DNA of 64,000 nucleotides from Bacteroidales bacterium (GTDB lineage Bacteria; Bacteroidota; Bacteroidia; Bacteroidales; P3): NCBI GenBank assembly GCA_017439185.1, contig JAFRTM010000006.1, positions 7,979 to 71,978 of the forward strand, read 5' to 3'. Shown piece by piece: positions 60,541 to 64,000 of this stretch (position 1 is its first letter; each line of letters starts with the position of its first letter). The notes under the pieces were generated by a model. It saw only the letters and a program-made list of their open reading frames with translations, ran no database searches and was not told where the DNA came from. The position numbers and the translations under genes were made by a program.

Positions 60541-63500
60541 CCTTGCTCTTTGTATTCGTAATGCAGGTTCTGCGGCAGGCAAGCCACGTTGCTCGCCACC
60601 ATGTAGTCGTCCTTGTCCTCGAAGGTGTAGTGGAATTCTTCGTCCTTGTGGGCCAAAGCTTTCAGCAGGGCAATCTCGCCCTGTCCGAGCGACACCTCTT
60701 CGCCTCGCCTCCACTTCCTCAGCGCCTTGCGGCAGCGCAGCCCTATCTCTCTCCCTTTGTACATATACTGGTAGCGCACCTTCTTCTCGAAATATTTCTC
60801 GTCCTCTATCCTCGCCGCCATCTTCTCCAGCTCTTCCACGAAGTCCTCTCTCAGCTGTTTGTTGTACAGCCGGCAGTCTCCTTCCACCCTCCGCCGTTCT
60901 CCTATCCTCACCGTCAGCTTCCCTTCCCTGAGCAGGAGGTCTTTCTTGGGCATCACCTCGTAGGCGCCGTGCATGTATATTGGCAGTAGGTCCACCTCCA
61001 GGTCTTTTGCCAGCTGCACCGCTCCCCTCTGGAAACGTCCCACCTTGCCGTCGGGGCTGCGGGTCCCTTCGGGGAACACCACTATCGAGTAGCCGCGCTC
61101 TATCAGCCTCCTCATGTCGTCGAGTCCTGCCTCGTAGCCGCGGCTCACGGGGTAATATTCGGCATAGCGTATCACCGCGCCGTAAAGCGGGTTGTGCCAC
61201 ACCCAGTTGTTGGTCAGTATCACCAGCTTGGGGTGTTGCATGATTATCAGCGGCAGGTCGAGGTGCGACTGGTGGTTGGCCACGATGACCGCCGGCTTCG
61301 CGAACGTCTCTCCGCTGGGATTCTCCAGCTCATACTTCACCCCCGGCAGCAGCTTTATTCCCGCCTTCATCAGGCCGCACAGCATCTTGTGGAACCGCAG
61401 CCGCTTTTCCTCGCTGTCTTTTCCTACTATCTTATATATCACCGTGAACGGCGTAACGACGAACAGCGACACCACGCCGTAAACGCCCAGCGTCCCTGTA
61501 GTCAGCACTATCCTCTTCAGCGTTATCGGATATTCCCTACGCTTGCCTCCTTTCGTCGTCATCCAACGGTATATCGCCGGCGGCACATAGCACGCCATCC
61601 CTATCACCGTCGCCATGCCTATCACCGCCACCTCGCCCAGCGACCGCATCGCCGGGTGTTTGGCAATCACCAGCACTCCGATACCTACGAACATCAGCGC
61701 TGCCGAGATAATCACGCTCCTGCGGTAACTGCCCAGCCGCTTCTTGCCGTAGGCGTTCTCGTACATCAACCCTTCCGTGATGAATATGCTGTAGTCGTCG
61801 CCCTGGCCGAAGATGAAGGTCGCCAGGATGATGTTCACTATGTTGAACTTCACGCCGAAGAGGTCCATCAGTCCCAGTATCCACACCCATCCTATGGTCA
61901 GCGGCAGGAACGACAGCAGCGCCAGCTCGAAGCTCCCCATCGAGAGCCACAGGAAGAAGAACACCACGAAACCACAGACGTACAGTATATAGTTGAAATC
62001 GCCGCTGAGGTCCTCCACCAGGTTCGACCCCACGTCGCTCATGTCGAAGGCATAGAGACTTTCCTCCCCTTCGGAGTTGAGAGCTTTTATCTTTGCCGCG
62101 TCGGCAGTGTCGTGTGCTCTCACGAAACTCACCACCTTCACCCCCTCGTCGCTCCTGAGCAGGTAGCTGGCGCACACCTCCCTCAGCAACTCCTTCTCCC
62201 CTTCGTCCAGCCGCTCGCAGCCGTTGCCCATCCTCGTGGCGAAAGGTTCGAACGCCGTCGCCGAAAATCCCATGGCCAGCGCTTTCCTCTGGACCTCGCC
62301 GGCCAGGCTGGCATATTTCTCTGTGAAGCGGCTCCACCGCTCCTGTGCTTCGGTCTCCCTCTTCTCCGACGGCAGCAAGCCCACCGCGCCGCTCCAGTCG
62401 GCGGCGCCTCTGTCCGCCATTGCCCTCTCGGCCCTCTCCAGTGCCTCCTCTTCGTCTTTTCCTTCAGCCACCACATACACCAGGTCGCCACCCTCGTCGA
62501 TTCCGCGGCTCAGCAGTGCCAGGTCCTCCTGCTGCTGGCGCGTCATATAGTTTATGTTGTGCAGGTCCGAGTCGAACTGGGTGTTGCCGCTCCTCCATCC
62601 GAGGAACACCGTCAGCAGCACCACCAGTCCGCCGGCCGTCCAGCTCACCCACTTAGGCACACTGACCGTTGCCAACCGATTACTTACCACTGCCAACTGC
62701 CCACCGGCCACTATCCTCCGGCCACTCTTCCCCCCTTTCGCCATCAGCGGCAGGAACACCATCACGAACACTATGGTCCCCACCAGCATCAGCGCCCCGA
62801 ACAGTCCCAGGTCTCTCATCGCCTCGGCCTTCACGAACACCAGGCAGGCAAAGGCGCTCACCGTCGTTATGTTGCCCGTCACCAGCGGCTCCACCATGTC
62901 TTTCAGCGCCTCGCGCTTGTCGGTATGTTCCTTTATGTGGTCGAGGAAATGCAGCGGGTAGTTCACCGCTATGCCTATCAGCACACTCCCTATCCCAATC
63001 ACTATAATCGACAGCTCGCCGTCCATCTTGAACAGCGCTATGGCCGCCAGTGCGAACAGCCATCCCACCGTCACGCTCACCACCAGCAGCACTATGTTCC
63101 TCTTCCTTCCCATCGCAAACACCAGTATCGCCACTATCAGCACCGTGGCTATAGCCAGGGCCAGTATGCTGTCCTTCTTAATCTGTCCCGCGTTGGTAGC
63201 CGCTATCAGCGGAGCTCCCACCGCCGTAATTCTCACTCTGCCTTCCTCCCTCATCGCCTCTTCGGTCTCGCGTGCCACCTGCTCTATCTGTTTTGCCAGC
63301 AGCGCGTTGCCTTTCGTGTCGGCCGAGGCGTAAGGGCTTTTCATCATCACTATGGCGTTGCCGTCGCCGTCGAAGAGGTAGCCCTCGTCGGTCTCGAAGC
63401 GCTCGGCCGCGTTCAGCCGCGAGAGTCTCTGCCAAGCGGGCGCGAAGAGCCCCAGCGGGTCCTTCGCCGTCATGTCCAGCACCACCGCCGTCGTCGGGAA

Positions 63501-63995
63501 CGACAGCCGCTCCTTCACCGCGGCCAGCGCGCTGTCCACGCAGCCCTCCTGTGCCAGCAGGCTGTCAATCCGCTCGTAGTCCTCCTCCTCGAGGAAGAGC
63601 CCTATCTTGCCACCCACCACGTCCATGGCGTCGAACGCCACACCCTCGTCGATACGGCACTGAAGCTCCGTCGCGCCGGTGGAGTCCACCCCGTTCCAGC
63701 GCTCCTCGAAGGTGTCCACCGCCCCTTTCAGCAGCTCCCTGCGGTCGCCGGAGGCAAGACCCTCGTCGAGTCCACGCACTATCACCGTGATCCGTCCCTG
63801 GTCGCCCAGCTGGTTGTAGGTATCCGTGTAGCGTTGGCTGTTCTCGCTCTTCGGCAGGAAGTCGGTGATGTTCTCGCGATATTTCAGCTGAGTGGCGAGC
63901 CATCCGCACAACAGCACGCCCACCCCCAGCAGCAGCCACGCCAGCCACCGCCGGCGGTTCAGAAAATCATATATCGCAAGTACTAATTTAGTCAT
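60537..63995 (-). CDS. Fusion of an MMPL/RND-like 12-TM exporter with a C-terminal lysophospholipid (PlsC-type) acyltransferase
   Basis: About 1152 aa from ATG 63995. Two blocks of TM helices are separated by soluble loops. The C-terminal part carries NHQSHLDLP (HX4D) and VFPEGTRSPDG. Confidence 0.8.
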   Translation of the reverse strand: MTKLVLAIYDFLNRRRWLAWLLLGVGVLLCGWLATQLKYRENITDFLPKSENSQRYTDTYNQLGDQGRITVIVRGLDEGLASGDRRELLKGAVDTFEERWNGVDSTGATELQCRIDEGVAFDAMDVVGGKIGLFLEEEDYERIDSLLAQEGCVDSALAAVKERLSFPTTAVVLDMTAKDPLGLFAPAWQRLSRLNAAERFETDEGYLFDGDGNAIVMMKSPYASADTKGNALLAKQIEQVARETEEAMREEGRVRITAVGAPLIAATNAGQIKKDSILALAIATVLIVAILVFAMGRKRNIVLLVVSVTVGWLFALAAIALFKMDGELSIIVIGIGSVLIGIAVNYPLHFLDHIKEHTDKREALKDMVEPLVTGNITTVSAFACLVFVKAEAMRDLGLFGALMLVGTIVFVMVFLPLMAKGGKSGRRIVAGGQLAVVSNRLATVSVPKWVSWTAGGLVVLLTVFLGWRSGNTQFDSDLHNINYMTRQQQEDLALLSRGIDEGGDLVYVVAEGKDEEEALERAERAMADRGAADWSGAVGLLPSEKRETEAQERWSRFTEKYASLAGEVQRKALAMGFSATAFEPFATRMGNGCERLDEGEKELLREVCASYLLRSDEGVKVVSFVRAHDTADAAKIKALNSEGEESLYAFDMSDVGSNLVEDLSGDFNYILYVCGFVVFFFLWLSMGSFELALLSFLPLTIGWVWILGLMDLFGVKFNIVNIILATFIFGQGDDYSIFITEGLMYENAYGKKRLGSYRRSVIISAALMFVGIGVLVIAKHPAMRSLGEVAVIGMATVIGMACYVPPAIYRWMTTKGGKRREYPITLKRIVLTTGTLGVYGVVSLFVVTPFTVIYKIVGKDSEEKRLRFHKMLCGLMKAGIKLLPGVKYELENPSGETFAKPAVIVANHQSHLDLPLIIMQHPKLVILTNNWVWHNPLYGAVIRYAEYYPVSRGYEAGLDDMRRLIERGYSIVVFPEGTRSPDGKVGRFQRGAVQLAKDLEVDLLPIYMHGAYEVMPKKDLLLREGKLTVRIGERRRVEGDCRLYNKQLREDFVEELEKMAARIEDEKYFEKKVRYQYMYKGREIGLRCRKALRKWRRGEEVSLGQGEIALLKALAHKDEEFHYTFEDKDDYMVASNVACLPQNLHYEYKEQG

Positions 63996-64000
63996 CACTG

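Noticed and set aside
60541-61200. N-terminal ~220-aa extension of the alpha/beta hydrolase ORF (track 59686..61200).
   Set aside because: The extension is Arg/Gly/Glu/Pro-rich and lies out of frame inside the 3' end of the MMPL-acyltransferase gene. The signal peptide MKKTAIIMVLL starts at ATG 60540, which forms an ATGA overlap with the upstream stop.
61194-63986. 930-aa plus-strand ORF.
   Set aside because: It is antisense to the MMPL-acyltransferase gene. It is His/Arg/Gln/Pro-rich with no TM or domain pattern.

Overview
This window looks like Bacteroidota (Bacteroidales-like) chromosome. The promoters carry TAnnTTTG -7 boxes, there are no Shine-Dalgarno sites, and the T9SS translocon gene sprA is present.

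Three points stand out:
1. The left 9 kb is one giant minus-strand ORF of at least 3008 codons that runs off the window edge. The supplied ORF track does not list it. It encodes a secreted multidomain adhesin-like protein containing 11 tandem Cys-rich repeats of about 80 aa. A small co-oriented gene just upstream shares its unusual leader peptide.
2. Positions 10-30.9 kb and 33-45.6 kb hold ordinary tightly packed housekeeping operons: glnA, aroK, recN, sufS, ruvA-sprA, M16 and M23 peptidases, and queCDE preceded by a preQ1-I riboswitch.
3. Positions 45.86-52.4 kb form a visibly AT-richer accessory island. It has its own promoter and a candidate structured leader RNA of about 240 nt. The coding part comprises an OMP beta-barrel gene, a lipocalin-like lipoprotein, three copies of a FISUMP/DUF1566-like lectin-type domain, a small TM protein and mini-ORFs. 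A nearly invariant 28-nt motif sits 5-6 nt upstream of four consecutive start codons. About 1.9 kb of essentially ORF-free AT-rich DNA follows the genes. I consider this island the best candidate for an undescribed system.

Other oddities:
- Several short phased tandem repeats and dispersed intergenic repeat families, including an inverted ~60-nt pair bracketing 12.6 kb.
- An extremely G-depleted, His-rich, Glu-free DUF6266-like gene.
- Unusual fusions: Aat-FolK, GT-C/GH5, and MMPL-acyltransferase.
- A promoter-plus-terminator sRNA candidate.

I found no rRNA, tRNA, CRISPR array, transposase or integrase. All homology calls come from motif recognition by eye, not from searches.
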